Shown: positions 1 to 10,525, counted from the first letter of the stretch. The stretch: 38,805 nt of DNA from Trichomonas gallinae (GCA_008369845.1 MRSU01000496.1:1-38805), one strand, 5' to 3'. Translations and numbers: made by a program. The notes: generated by a model from the letters alone, not told the origin.

Positions 1-383
1 TTTTTATAATCCAAAAAGGCTTCATTTGTAGGACCGATAAGATTTTAACGTCATTTCTATCGTCGTTTCTACACCTCTCTAATTATTACATATTTATTAT
101 ACTTATATCTTATATTATCTATTTTCATTATTAAAATACGAAAACACGTTCAATTGGAAAAAAATACATAGCAAAAGTCATCACTTCCTATATATTAATC
201 CAACATCACCCCATATTCAAATAATTTCATCCTGTATAGACAAACAGTTATAATATATATTTTCTTGAATTAAAATAATGCAAAGAAGGCTAGAGATTGG
301 AAATACTATATCTTATTTTTGTAGAATGGATGAATGCGAAACAAATTTTTATGATTTGCGGTAAAAAAAATCAAACAAAAATT

Positions 384-1727
384 TTATTTAAACACGCCAG
401 CCAAATGAGATGATGCCCTTCCTTGTTTAAACTGCGGTGGTATTTCAAGGACAAGTTTTCTCTTGCCCATCAGATCAAATCGAATTGCTTGCCCGCGATT
501 CCAATTAGTTTCGACATATGTGTAAGCACCGCCGCAAGTCTGCGGCATATATGCGTATGCTTCCTTCCTATCATGCATCTGGTCAAATGACGGTGCGTTT
601 CCTGATGCAGGCTTAGTTTTAAGCCAGGCATCATTCGTATTAGGATAGATAACATCTGGGGCATCAGATTTACAGTAGATTGCGCGGTCATTATCATCGA
701 GACGACGTCCAAAGTTCTCTCGTGGCGGAATCTTCTTGTTCTGGCTTCTTAGATTTCCTTCAACATCGTATTCAACGTCTGGAGCCTCTGTTCTCATGAA
801 CTGCGCGAATGGACTGACATCTGGTTTAGGAATATAGCGTGGTTTTGGTTTAGGCTTGATATCAGAATCAGAAGATTTAATTTTCTGAAGCTGATTCATC
901 AAAACTTTTTGCTCATTCTCAATCTCTTCCCATATATTAGTCTTTTGGTCCTTTGCTCTGTCCTTTGATATGTTTGGAGGAAGAAGATGAGAAATTGATC
1001 TTGGCTTTGTTGCGTCAATTGATTTAGCTAGACCGTAGTGGGATCTGTCTGGGCCTGGATGTGCATCAGATCTTGAACTTTGCGCTTCAAATGGCAAAAC
1101 TGTCGGTTTTCCGAGAAGACGAGGAATATCATAATGATTTGGTGCTGGTGAATCAGTTACAAATCTATTTTTAACGTATATTGGCTGTGTTCTTGAAATA
1201 ATACCTGGTACTTTGTCTTCTTTCTTTAATTCGTTAATTGTCGGTTCTTGAATATCTCTCTGTGATGAAAGATAATTGGCGATACGGATGTTTGACCAGC
1301 TGTCAACCATTTGTCTCATAGTCAATTTATCAGGGTCCAAATTTAATTCCCTGTTATTTGTAGAAAAGCTGTAAGAAGGTGATTTTCTCAGTACAACTTC
1401 ATAATCTGGATCGTATTGATCAGATGCTGGAACATCTGTCGATGAATCGTTTTTAAACGTTGCCTGTGGAATTGTTGGTGGTTGTTTAGTATGTTTTGGC
1501 TTTGTTTTTGATATTTTCCTAGGTTTCCTAGGTGCTTTTTCGCCTGCTAGTAATCGCTCGCTTATTCCAGCATTTAAACTTTTTCTCTTGACAAATGACT
1601 TTTGGTCCATAGATTTAAGATCAGAGAGAATCTGGTCAACGTCATCTATCTTAGGAGTGCCTGTGTCATCGAAATGCAGTCGTCCAAACTTACTCATTGT
1701 TTGAAAACTTCCATTTCGACTCTTCAT
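384..1727 (-). CDS. Hypothetical protein with SHIPPO/PGP-like repeats (ODF3/STPG-like, possibly axonemal)
   Basis: 447-aa ORF with spaced motifs SPSYSF, DSPAPNHYDIP, HPGPD, EAPDVEYDV, DAPDVIYP and APSF, resembling PGP-x-x-Y repeats. The stop overlaps TAAA. Confidence 0.55.
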   Translation of the reverse strand: MKSRNGSFQTMSKFGRLHFDDTGTPKIDDVDQILSDLKSMDQKSFVKRKSLNAGISERLLAGEKAPRKPRKISKTKPKHTKQPPTIPQATFKNDSSTDVPASDQYDPDYEVVLRKSPSYSFSTNNRELNLDPDKLTMRQMVDSWSNIRIANYLSSQRDIQEPTINELKKEDKVPGIISRTQPIYVKNRFVTDSPAPNHYDIPRLLGKPTVLPFEAQSSRSDAHPGPDRSHYGLAKSIDATKPRSISHLLPPNISKDRAKDQKTNIWEEIENEQKVLMNQLQKIKSSDSDIKPKPKPRYIPKPDVSPFAQFMRTEAPDVEYDVEGNLRSQNKKIPPRENFGRRLDDNDRAIYCKSDAPDVIYPNTNDAWLKTKPASGNAPSFDQMHDRKEAYAYMPQTCGGAYTYVETNWNRGQAIRFDLMGKRKLVLEIPPQFKQGRASSHLAGVFK

Positions 1728-1767
1728 TGTAATATAATTTTGTCAAAATTTCGTTTTTTTAGAATTT

Positions 1768-1916
1768 TGTCATGTAAACAAATTTGTTAAAATTTTGTTT
1801 TTAAAAATGTCATGTAAAATAATTTGTCAAAAAATATTAATTTGTCGTGTAAATCACATTTTGTATTATTTTTGTGGTGTAAAATATGTTGTCAAAAAAT
1901 ATTTTTGTCGTGTAAA
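1768..1916. promoter_or_regulatory. Five-copy TGTCRTGTAAA motif cluster in a divergent promoter
   Basis: Copies at 1768, 1808, 1843, 1873 (TGTGGTGTAAA variant) and 1906, between ATGs at 1727 (-) and 1967 (+). Confidence 0.6.
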
Positions 1917-1966
1917 TAAACAAAATAGTCAAAAATTTTTGATTTTTTTTGTCAAAATAATATTAT

Positions 1967-2608
1967 ATGACTGAAAGAAAGAGATTATATGCATTTGAAA
2001 ACCTAGAGATATATGAAGACGACTTTAGCAGGATCACAAACAATGACTGGTTGAATGATGAATTGATACATCTCGCTGGTCGCAAAATCGAAATTCAAGC
2101 CAATAAAAATTGCCCAGAGGATCACTTAAATGTTATGTTTTATCCACCAACAACCCTTCATCTCCTTAGAATGATAGGAAAAGATATGGCAAGTGAAGTT
2201 ACAAAATATTGGAACGTTTTTAAAGCCAAATATGTATTATTGCCATTAAATAATTCAGAAAGCAAATCTAGTTCAGGTTCTCATTGGAGTTTATTAGTTT
2301 GGGATACGCAATACTCGCCAAATGAAGAAAATACATTTTATTATTATGATTCATTGGGAAGTTCATCACTTTCTATTGCAAAAAAAGTTGTCTGTCAACT
2401 ATGTGAATACTATGGAGTTGCTGTTCATAGATTTATCTCACCAAAATCACCTCAGCAATCAAATAGTTACGACTGTGGCGTGTTTACCATCGCTATAATA
2501 GAATATATTGGAAGAACCATGGATTTAGATAATATAATTCCAAACGTTTCTCAAACAACTGTAACTCAGCTTCGAGCAGATTATCAGTCTAAGTTCATGA
2601 ACGATTAA
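1967..2608 (+). CDS. SENP8: Ulp1/C48-family cysteine protease, SENP8/NEDP1 (deneddylase)-like
   Basis: WLNDELI, HWSLLV (His), YYDS (Asp), QQSNSYDCG (Gln/Cys). At 213 aa it is catalytic-domain-only, as is typical of SENP8. Confidence 0.85.
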   Translation: MTERKRLYAFENLEIYEDDFSRITNNDWLNDELIHLAGRKIEIQANKNCPEDHLNVMFYPPTTLHLLRMIGKDMASEVTKYWNVFKAKYVLLPLNNSESKSSSGSHWSLLVWDTQYSPNEENTFYYYDSLGSSSLSIAKKVVCQLCEYYGVAVHRFISPKSPQQSNSYDCGVFTIAIIEYIGRTMDLDNIIPNVSQTTVTQLRADYQSKFMND

Positions 2609-3421
2609 CGACCAGATTGCTGCCATATTTGCTGTATTTATATATACTATCATAAACATACTTGTTTTAAAAATAATATAATATTCATTAAAATTATGAA
2701 ACTCTTGACCCCATTTATATGAGCAAATGTGGTTATTTCCATAAGAATCTATTATATACAAATAATGATAAAATTAGCAGATGATATAAAGGAAAAATAA
2801 TATGTTATTTGACTTATTAGAACCAGTAATATTTCATTTTGATACCATATATGAGTATATTTCATATATAAACTATTATTTTAATTTGAATATTTTACCA
2901 ATTATTTAATTATTATTATGTTTCAGAGTTTTATAAATGCCAATTGCATAGACAATAGTTGTATAATAATATATAAAGATATTCTAAGGTGTATATGTTT
3001 TAGATATTGAATTGAATAAATTTCATCTGGAGTATGGGAATTTCATCACCATGATGCAGTTCCATGTATCACAGATCAATCAATGGTATAAAAAATATTG
3101 CTGGTTATGCATAAAAAAAAACAGATGCATAGCTGCCGAATTGTTTTAATTAAATTGGAATTGACTCGAATTTTAGCCTAAAATGTGCTCTGCGGTGTCA
3201 AAGGGATCCAAGGAAATGTGTTGAGAAAATTATAACCTTATTCAATGAACAATCTGCGCAGTAAGGAATTTGTTATATCAAAGATTTAATTCGGTTCCTA
3301 CTAGATATTAATATAGATCACTAAAAGGAGGGTAGAGGTATATCGTACTCTTGACCAAATTACTCTTTCAAGGTAAAGAAAAAAATCAAATTTTAGTAAC
3401 AAAAAAAAAGAATCAAAATAA

Positions 3422-3452
3422 AAAGTGACAAAGAAAATTTGTAAACTTCACT
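3422..3452 (+). promoter_or_regulatory. Trichomonad core promoter: AAAGTGAC motif plus TCACT initiator
   Basis: AAAGTGAC at 3422-3429 and TCACT at 3448-3452, upstream of the ATG at 3474. Confidence 0.65.
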
Positions 3453-3473
3453 TTACACCGGAGGTTTTTTCAA

Positions 3474-4037
3474 ATGTCTGAAGCTAAGAATTTGATTAAG
3501 CTTGTCTTGTTGGGCATAGGCGCTGTAGGTAAATCATGCGTGTCCATTAGGTTCGTCCAAGGACATTTCATGGAGGAATATGAGCCAACAATCGAAGACA
3601 ACTATCGTAAGACTCTTAAAGTCGACGACGTCATTTATACGCTCGATATTTTCGATACAGCAGGAATGGAAATCTCAAGCAACTCCTTGAAAGCATCCGT
3701 AATCCACAATGCGGATGTTTTCATGTTAATTTATTCAGTTCAAGACAGCGATTCATTTGAACAAATCACTAAAATACATGAAGATATTATTCGTATTAGG
3801 GAAACTGAAAAGTTCCCATGTATTATTTGCGCAAATAAACAAGATCTTGATAAATCACAGCATATAGTTTCTGAATCAGAGGGTCAGGAACTTGCTAAGC
3901 AATTAAAGGCAATCTATATGCCAACTTCAGCAAAGACAGGATTAAACATCAATGAAATTATGGAAACTGCTGTCAGAGAAGTTGTTAAAACAAGAGAACC
4001 TGTTAAACCTAAAAAGAAATGGTGTTTGCTCATATAA
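3474..4037 (+). CDS. Ras-family small GTPase
   Basis: G1 GIGAVGKS, effector YEPTIED, G3 DTAG, G4 NKQD, G5 SAK, polybasic tail plus CaaX (KKKWCLLI). Confidence 0.95.
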   Translation: MSEAKNLIKLVLLGIGAVGKSCVSIRFVQGHFMEEYEPTIEDNYRKTLKVDDVIYTLDIFDTAGMEISSNSLKASVIHNADVFMLIYSVQDSDSFEQITKIHEDIIRIRETEKFPCIICANKQDLDKSQHIVSESEGQELAKQLKAIYMPTSAKTGLNINEIMETAVREVVKTREPVKPKKKWCLLI

Positions 4038-4565
4038 AGACCCATACCTCATCTATTACATAAACATAAATTTGTCGCGTCAATTTATATAAATTTTTTT
4101 ATTTAATTTCACATTGGTTTTTTTGTTTTATGAAAAGAGGAATATCATACTAATCACCGAATATGGATTAAAGCTAAGATATATTTTGAACATAGCAATC
4201 AGCCGAGATCAACGTTTAAAACTTTGAGAAATTAATCAGCTCCTTGTATAGAGCTTACATATAAAAGTTTGAAAAAATTGTCAGGAAAAAATAAAATATA
4301 ATGATAGAATAAAAATGAAGATTTTTTAATTGAAAATGAGAAAAATGGATTTTCCAATCAAAAATTTTAGAAACAAATACAGCGAAATTGCTATGTAATT
4401 CCAATTGTAATGAAACAACGATTTCAAATATGCAAACACATTCATATTTCAACATATTTTAAAAATATTTTTGCGATTCATTAATTATACATTCATCCAA
4501 TTGCACAGAAAGATTTTAAACGGGTTTAGAAATAGTTTTTTAAAGTTCAAAAAGCTAAAATCAAT

Positions 4566-5762
4566 TTACTTGCGCTTTGCAACAACGTTTGCAACCGCCT
4601 GAGCAACAAAATCAACGTTGGAGTTGTTAAGAGCTGGAACGGAGATACGACCGTTAGCTGGGATGAAGACACCCTCCTGCTCGCCGAGCATCTTGACCTC
4701 TTCTGGTGAAAGGCCTGTAAGAGCGAACATACCCTTCTGCTGAGCGATGAAGTCGAAGGACTTGCCGGACTTCTGCTCGAGAAGCTGGACGAACTTCGCG
4801 CGGATATCGATAACACGCTTTGAAACTACCTTGAGTTCCTCAAGCCACATCTTGTGGAGCTCTGGGTCGTTGATGACTTCTGTAGCGATGTAGGAACCGT
4901 TCTGTGGGCAGACGGAATATGTGAAACGACCGATTGCAGCGAACTGGGAGCCAACGTTGTTAGCCTCCTGAGCTGTTGTGCAGACAGCGTGGCAGCAGCC
5001 GATACGTTCGCCGTAGAGACCCATGCACTTGGAGAATGAGAAGCAAACGAAGAACTGGTTGCCGGAGAGTGCGTATTTGCGGATGATGGAAGCATCCTGT
5101 TCTGGATCACCGGAAGCCCAGCCCATGTAGGCGAAGTCGAAGCAAGCGATGTGCTTCTTGGCGGCAACGGCCTCGAGGATCTTCTCCCACTGCTCTGGTG
5201 TTGGGTCAATACCTGTTGGATTATGAGCGCAAGCCTGGAGGAGGACAAGGCAGCCTTCTGGAGCAGCCATCAAATCGCGGATGCAAGCATCGCAATCAAG
5301 GCGGCAGTCCTTAGCCCAGCCGTATGTGCCGAGTTCAAGACCCTGCTGGCCGAAGATAGCCTTGTGGTTTGCCCATGTTGGGTTGGAAAGGAGAACCTTT
5401 GGAACTTTAAGGTGGTCCTTAGCGAATCTGGCGACGAAATAGAGAGCACCAGTGCCAGCGCATGACTGGATGGAAGCTGTTCTCTCAGCGATCTGTGGGA
5501 GAACTGGTCCCCAAAGGAATTCTCTAGCAGCCTTAATGAAGTTAGCATCACCATTCATTGGGAGGTAGTCCTTGTGGTGCTTGCCGAGCATCTTTTCTTC
5601 GGCCTTGCGGACGCAGTTGAAGACGTATGGCTTGCCATCTTCTGTACGGTAGACACCGACAGAGAGAAGGGCTTTCTTCTCGAGCTTGGAGGCGTTGTAT
5701 AATTTGGCGACACCGAAAATGGCATCCGGAGGAGCTTCTGGAACGTTAGCGAATGCTGACAT
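4566..5762 (-). CDS. Aspartate aminotransferase (class I PLP-dependent)
   Basis: APPDAIFG, GVYRTEDGKP, ACAHNPTGIDP, DFAY, SFSKCMGLYGERIG (PLP lysine) and GRIS. The C-ending codon bias suggests high expression. Confidence 0.96.
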   Translation of the reverse strand: MSAFANVPEAPPDAIFGVAKLYNASKLEKKALLSVGVYRTEDGKPYVFNCVRKAEEKMLGKHHKDYLPMNGDANFIKAAREFLWGPVLPQIAERTASIQSCAGTGALYFVARFAKDHLKVPKVLLSNPTWANHKAIFGQQGLELGTYGWAKDCRLDCDACIRDLMAAPEGCLVLLQACAHNPTGIDPTPEQWEKILEAVAAKKHIACFDFAYMGWASGDPEQDASIIRKYALSGNQFFVCFSFSKCMGLYGERIGCCHAVCTTAQEANNVGSQFAAIGRFTYSVCPQNGSYIATEVINDPELHKMWLEELKVVSKRVIDIRAKFVQLLEQKSGKSFDFIAQQKGMFALTGLSPEEVKMLGEQEGVFIPANGRISVPALNNSNVDFVAQAVANVVAKRK

Positions 5763-5768
5763 TATTCT

Positions 5769-5801
5769 AAGTGAACTGATTCATTATCGTCTTCAGCGGC
5801 T
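5769..5801 (-). promoter_or_regulatory. Initiator TCACTT plus M3/Myb-like element
   Basis: Minus-strand TCACTT (5774-5769) lies just upstream of the ATG. Minus-strand AGCCGCTG (5801-5794) fits the Trichomonas M3 consensus DRCSGYTD. Confidence 0.55.
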
Positions 5802-6422
5802 TCGTTAACGATAATTTCATCGTTTTAACACAGTTCTATTCTATTACTACACATTAATCTTTGGACAGCTGATAATTCTATCTTTGGACGATTTTTTTAT
5901 ATTTGTGAGAAGAAAAGAAGGAATTTCTATAGTTGTAAATATATCAATTTTCTTTAGTCTTCAATATTTTCATTTTAAAAATATTTTTCAAAGTCAAACA
6001 ATGATATTATGTTTCCACTTTTTGAATTTCGTAAATTGTAAATATTTCAAATTTCTGGTCGAAGTTTTTTTATTCTTATATTATTTGTCTAAGTTTTCCT
6101 TGTATTATAAATATGAAGTGATATGATCAAAAAGTGATGTTTAATTTGTATCAAAGTTTTTCTAAATCGTAAAAAAATGAGAATACATGACTAAGCGTGC
6201 GTGAGTTATTTGAGTAAAACATAATTATAGTATATTGCCACGATTGGAACATTGAACGTTTGTTAATTCGAAATTTTTGGATATCGATACTCAAAGAAAT
6301 GTTCAATTCTTTCAGAACCCATACTAATACAAGAAGAGCTTTCGATTCCTTTATTCATTAGTGAATCAGCTTTGATATGACATCAATTTTGACGTGTAAA
6401 AGATAATGTTTTGACAATTAAT

Positions 6423-6480
6423 GTCACTTTTGGTTATTTTTGACCTCAAAAAGTGACAATACTAAAATCTCAAAAGTGAC
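6423..6480 (+). promoter_or_regulatory. Triple AAAGTGAC motif (one inverted, two direct)
   Basis: GTCACTTT at 6423-6430, AAAGTGAC at 6450-6457 and 6473-6480; ATG at 6489. Confidence 0.65.
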
Positions 6481-6488
6481 AGATTTTA

Positions 6489-7919
6489 ATGAATTTTAAA
6501 CTAGAAAACACAGATTTTGCAGAACTAACACAGTGGAAAACTCCCAATCCTATTACAGATGCAAAATATATCGATGGATCTGTTTTAGGCCAAGCAAAAT
6601 ATTATCGCATTGAAGAAAATAAAGAATTAATCGAAATAATTTATTTTATCCTCGAAAATGAGAGCTCAATCGAAGCAATTTTAGCACTCTGCGATGTAAT
6701 GGATGGGTCAATGACACCTGATCCATGTGAACTCACTACAGTTCCTAGACTTGTTATACAAATCATTCTTAATATAATCCAAACAGAAAACCTAAATGTT
6801 GAGATAAAAAGAAGGATGTATCGCTTGCTTGTAATTTTATCTAGTGTTGAATTGATCCAAGAATCGCAATTTTGCACCGAATTTTTTGCAAAAACTCTTC
6901 TAAGTTGTTTTAATACACAAAATGGCGAATGCTTTAGTCGCATTACAAATATTTTTAATAATTTACTTGCTGACAAAACGATTGGCGTATCATTCGCCGA
7001 AATTTTATTCAATAACGATTTCTTATCATATTTTTATAACATTTTCCGCAGCAATATCGAAGGAAACTCAATAACTAATGATTCAATTCATATACTATCT
7101 CAATTCACTCAAATTGCAATGGTTCAAATCAGAAGTCTTGAAGTAGACCAACACACAGAACATATGCTAATAATGTACAAAGACATACTTGGCTTCCTTT
7201 ACAGATATTTCGAGAAAACAGACGAAGAAACACAAAATGAAATTTGCAGTATTATAATTAACTTGTGCTCAATTGCTAGTTTAGCTGAATTGGTTAAGCA
7301 TAGTCAATTCCCAGAACAATTTGTACAAAATTTCCCAGCAATTCCAGTCAATCAAAACTATCCAGGAGTCATCAAATTGTTTTGCACATTTTGTGATCTT
7401 CATGATGGAATGGATGACTATTATAAAGGCGATTTTGATTTCATCATGAAAAGACTAAGAAGATATATATCTGATTTCGATTTTGATGTAAAAGAAGTAA
7501 TGAATTATATTGAAAAGTGCTTAGAAGAACAGAAATATCATCACATAGATAGAACTGGAATATTTGAAATATTAGTAGATAAAATCCCAGAATTAACAAG
7601 TGATGAAAGATTATTAGTTTCTATTACGTTAATGAAGGCAATACCAGAAGCATTATCATCTAACGATAGACAAGACTGGCTCAAAAAATTAATTTATTTC
7701 ATTTTCGACACTCTTGACTCTTTCTCAGAGGAACAGATTGAAGCCATATTAATGGGAATCAATAATTGGATCTGTGATGATTCTGACTTCATTATTTCGA
7801 TTGGACATGAATGCGATTTACTCGCAACATTAGAAACATTAATAGAAGACTACGAACCAGACACACTTGTTTATGCCAGAGCAATGGTGCTCCTCGAAAA
7901 TGAATACTTTGCAAATTAA
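6489..7919 (+). CDS. Hypothetical alpha-helical (ARM/HEAT-like) protein
   Basis: 476-aa ORF, acidic and Leu/Ile-rich with amphipathic helices. Promoter motifs lie directly upstream. The fold is inferred from composition only. Confidence 0.7.
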   Translation: MNFKLENTDFAELTQWKTPNPITDAKYIDGSVLGQAKYYRIEENKELIEIIYFILENESSIEAILALCDVMDGSMTPDPCELTTVPRLVIQIILNIIQTENLNVEIKRRMYRLLVILSSVELIQESQFCTEFFAKTLLSCFNTQNGECFSRITNIFNNLLADKTIGVSFAEILFNNDFLSYFYNIFRSNIEGNSITNDSIHILSQFTQIAMVQIRSLEVDQHTEHMLIMYKDILGFLYRYFEKTDEETQNEICSIIINLCSIASLAELVKHSQFPEQFVQNFPAIPVNQNYPGVIKLFCTFCDLHDGMDDYYKGDFDFIMKRLRRYISDFDFDVKEVMNYIEKCLEEQKYHHIDRTGIFEILVDKIPELTSDERLLVSITLMKAIPEALSSNDRQDWLKKLIYFIFDTLDSFSEEQIEAILMGINNWICDDSDFIISIGHECDLLATLETLIEDYEPDTLVYARAMVLLENEYFAN

Positions 7920-8341
7920 GAATTTTCATTTTTTTTTCAAAGCCATGAGTTCTTATCCCTCATGAAATTCCTACCTTGATACATGTTTGTCTTTTAGACC
8001 ATTTTGTTCTAAATTTCAAAATAATCTTATTGAAACCATTTACAGATATTCTAATGAGTTAGTTATATATGTTTTATCCTTAATTTGTTAAACAATAAAA
8101 CTAGTTTATCATGCAACTCAAAAATCAAATTTTGAATTTAAATTTTTTGTGCAAGCATAAAAATATTAGTAAAATTCACTGTGGATTATTGTAAAATTAT
8201 GGATTTTAATGCTTCAATAAATTGCGAGGAAAAAATAATAATTGTTTTTGATAAATAAATAATTTTTTACACTCTAATATATACATTTTTATATAAAATC
8301 ACTCTATGCTACATATTTTTTGAATCTTTCTCGGATACCAA

Positions 8342-9532
8342 TTAATCTATTTTGATATCATTTAATTTCATCTTACCTAACTTTAATGCGTTAAATTTGG
8401 GCGGTAATTCCTTTGTGGATGTAATGACAATATCTTCGTTCAAATATTCCTCTCCTCTATAAACATATTTGTTATCGTCGAAATCAATTGTGAAAGGATC
8501 AAAATCATCCGAAATTCTAAGTACTGTAAGGTTGATCATAGCAAATTCGTTTTCTTTCAATTCTAATTTCGTTGAATAAACAAATGTAGATTTTCCTCCT
8601 CCAATCTTGATTTGATGTGGAGAATCACACACTTCTGTCCTTGTCTTATTACTGGAAATCGTTGAAGACACAGCGGCAGTAGATGTAGTATGAACATTCG
8701 AAATTCCGGATTGTGACGGTTCTTTGAACTGGAAGTTGTACATAGCTGGTGTTTCTTCGAGATTTGTTCCATTTTGGATTGCGATTTCGTGAATTGTTTT
8801 ATTTTTGACAATACCTTTAGGGGTGAACTTTCTGAGCCTCTTTAAGTCACTGATACTATTTGCAGATGCCTTAGTGACAACCAATTTTGTCTCTTCAATA
8901 TCTCCGTATGGTTTATTTCCAGCAGTTTCATCTTCTGGAACTTTCGTAACATCAAATTTATCTGGCGTTGTATGTAGCCATGGAGATGTTGGTAGAGGAG
9001 GATTTTGGCTCGTCAATCCTGTGCCAAAACCGGTTTTTCCTTGGCCAAATGAATATCCTGTTGTAGTCGTTGTTGTTGTTCCTGCAGTTTGCTGCTTTTG
9101 CTGTTGATCCCAGTCGTGCGGTTTAATACCGCCTTTCTTGACGTAGTCGTTGTATCTCAAAGTTTCCATATTTAAAAAGTTAAAAATACCGAAATAAAGG
9201 ATATTTTGGATTTGGTATGTTACGTGCTGGTTGGGATTTGTTTCATCTTTGTATGCTGAGGGTGCAAATGGAATATCGATTGAATTTACTAATTCTAAAG
9301 CTTGAACTTGCTGAGAAACTGGCGTATTTGTCCATTGGGTACCCGACGTTTGCTTTACCTGGGCTGATGATGTGGATCCAAAGCCGCCAGAAAAAGTGCT
9401 TTTATTTGTTGTCGACAAACTTGCATCTTTTGTGCCCCAAGCAGTAGATTTTCCAGTGCTTCCTGCTGTAGACTTAACACCCCAGCCGGATGTTCCGGTG
9501 GTACTGCCTGACTTATTCCAAGGCCCAGACAT
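8342..9532 (-). CDS. Nup98/Nup116-like FG nucleoporin with GLEBS-like motif
   Basis: S/T/G-rich N-terminus with WG/FG dipeptides, a GLEBS-like segment QIQNI...METLRYNDY, then SFG/GFG and KPYGD. GTCACTTT (with Inr) lies on the minus strand at 9552-9545. Confidence 0.65.
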   Translation of the reverse strand: MSGPWNKSGSTTGTSGWGVKSTAGSTGKSTAWGTKDASLSTTNKSTFSGGFGSTSSAQVKQTSGTQWTNTPVSQQVQALELVNSIDIPFAPSAYKDETNPNQHVTYQIQNILYFGIFNFLNMETLRYNDYVKKGGIKPHDWDQQQKQQTAGTTTTTTTGYSFGQGKTGFGTGLTSQNPPLPTSPWLHTTPDKFDVTKVPEDETAGNKPYGDIEETKLVVTKASANSISDLKRLRKFTPKGIVKNKTIHEIAIQNGTNLEETPAMYNFQFKEPSQSGISNVHTTSTAAVSSTISSNKTRTEVCDSPHQIKIGGGKSTFVYSTKLELKENEFAMINLTVLRISDDFDPFTIDFDDNKYVYRGEEYLNEDIVITSTKELPPKFNALKLGKMKLNDIKID

Positions 9533-9890
9533 TTATTGTCTTGAAAAGTGACAAGATTTTAACTTAGTTTTCAAAATAAATGTTAAAATCATCATCTTAT
9601 GCTTATTAATTTCACTTTTTACTAATAAATATTACGAAAATCCTTTGAGTTTAAATTCTTGGATTTAAAAATGTTGTTTCTGATCAAGTAGGAATACAAA
9701 CTAGATATTACACAAACTTAATAAATACAAACTCATTCTTTCATTCGCCTTAATTCATTTTTCATTGAAATATTTTGCGATTTTTCGAATAAAGCGCAAT
9801 GACTTCATCAACATGCTCACATCTATCCTCACTACATTAGGAACTTAACTCAACTACTTAACCAAAACATACACAAAAAATAAAATTAAA

Positions 9891-10525
9891 TTCTGTTTTT
9901 TGATGAATATATAAGGTAATTTCAATTCTCTCGTTGTGATATAGTATTATCACATATAGAACTATTATATTAGAGAGATGGATTTCTAATTTTGAATTTA
10001 TCGATATCCAAAAAAATTCTCATTTTTTGATGTATAGAAGGCGATATCAACTCTCTTATTATGACAATGTATCGCTATAAATAGTACTACATATATCATA
10101 AAAATGGCTCCATAATTTGAAATCAGAAAATTTCCAGAAATATCTTGTTTTTTGATGAATGTAAAAGGTGATATCAATTCTCTTGTTGTGATATAGTATC
10201 ACCATATGTAGTACTACATATATTAGAGAGATGGATCTATAATTTTAGATCTGAAGATTTCCACAGAAATCTTGTTTTTTGATGAATGTAAAAGACAATA
10301 TCAATGCTCTTGTTGTGATATAATATCACCACATATAGAACTGCATATATTAGAGAGATAACTTAATAATTTGAGATTTAAAAATTTCCAGAAAAATTAC
10401 GTTTTTTGATGAATGTGAAAGGTGATGTCAATTCTCTTGTTGTGATATAGTATCACTATATGCAGTACTACATATACTAGAGAGATGGATCAATAGTTTT
10501 AAATCCGAAGATATCCGAGAAAATG
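9891..10525. repeat. Degenerate tandem array of five ~127-bp units with internal inverted repeats
   Basis: The anchor (T)nTGATG recurs at 9901, 10028, 10153, 10280 and 10407 (periods 127/125/127/127). Shared core is TCAATTCTCTTGTTGTGATATAGTATCACYAYATRTAGWACTACATATATTAGAGAGATGG. Confidence 0.92.

Noticed and set aside
2620..3400. Mildly GC-richer intergenic patches (also 29970-30120) as gene or transposon remnants
   Set aside because: Only short ORFs, with no recognisable motif, terminal repeat or TSD.
4547..5554. Several overlapping alternate-frame and antisense ORFs in the aminotransferase gene
   Set aside because: These are shadow ORFs produced by strong codon bias, with no recognisable motifs.
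9891..10525. Array as CRISPR, C/D snoRNA cluster or coding repeat
   Set aside because: Whole units are homologous, with no unique spacers and no cas genes. TGATGA resembles box C, but CTGA occurs at the matching position only in unit 3. The period is not a multiple of 3.
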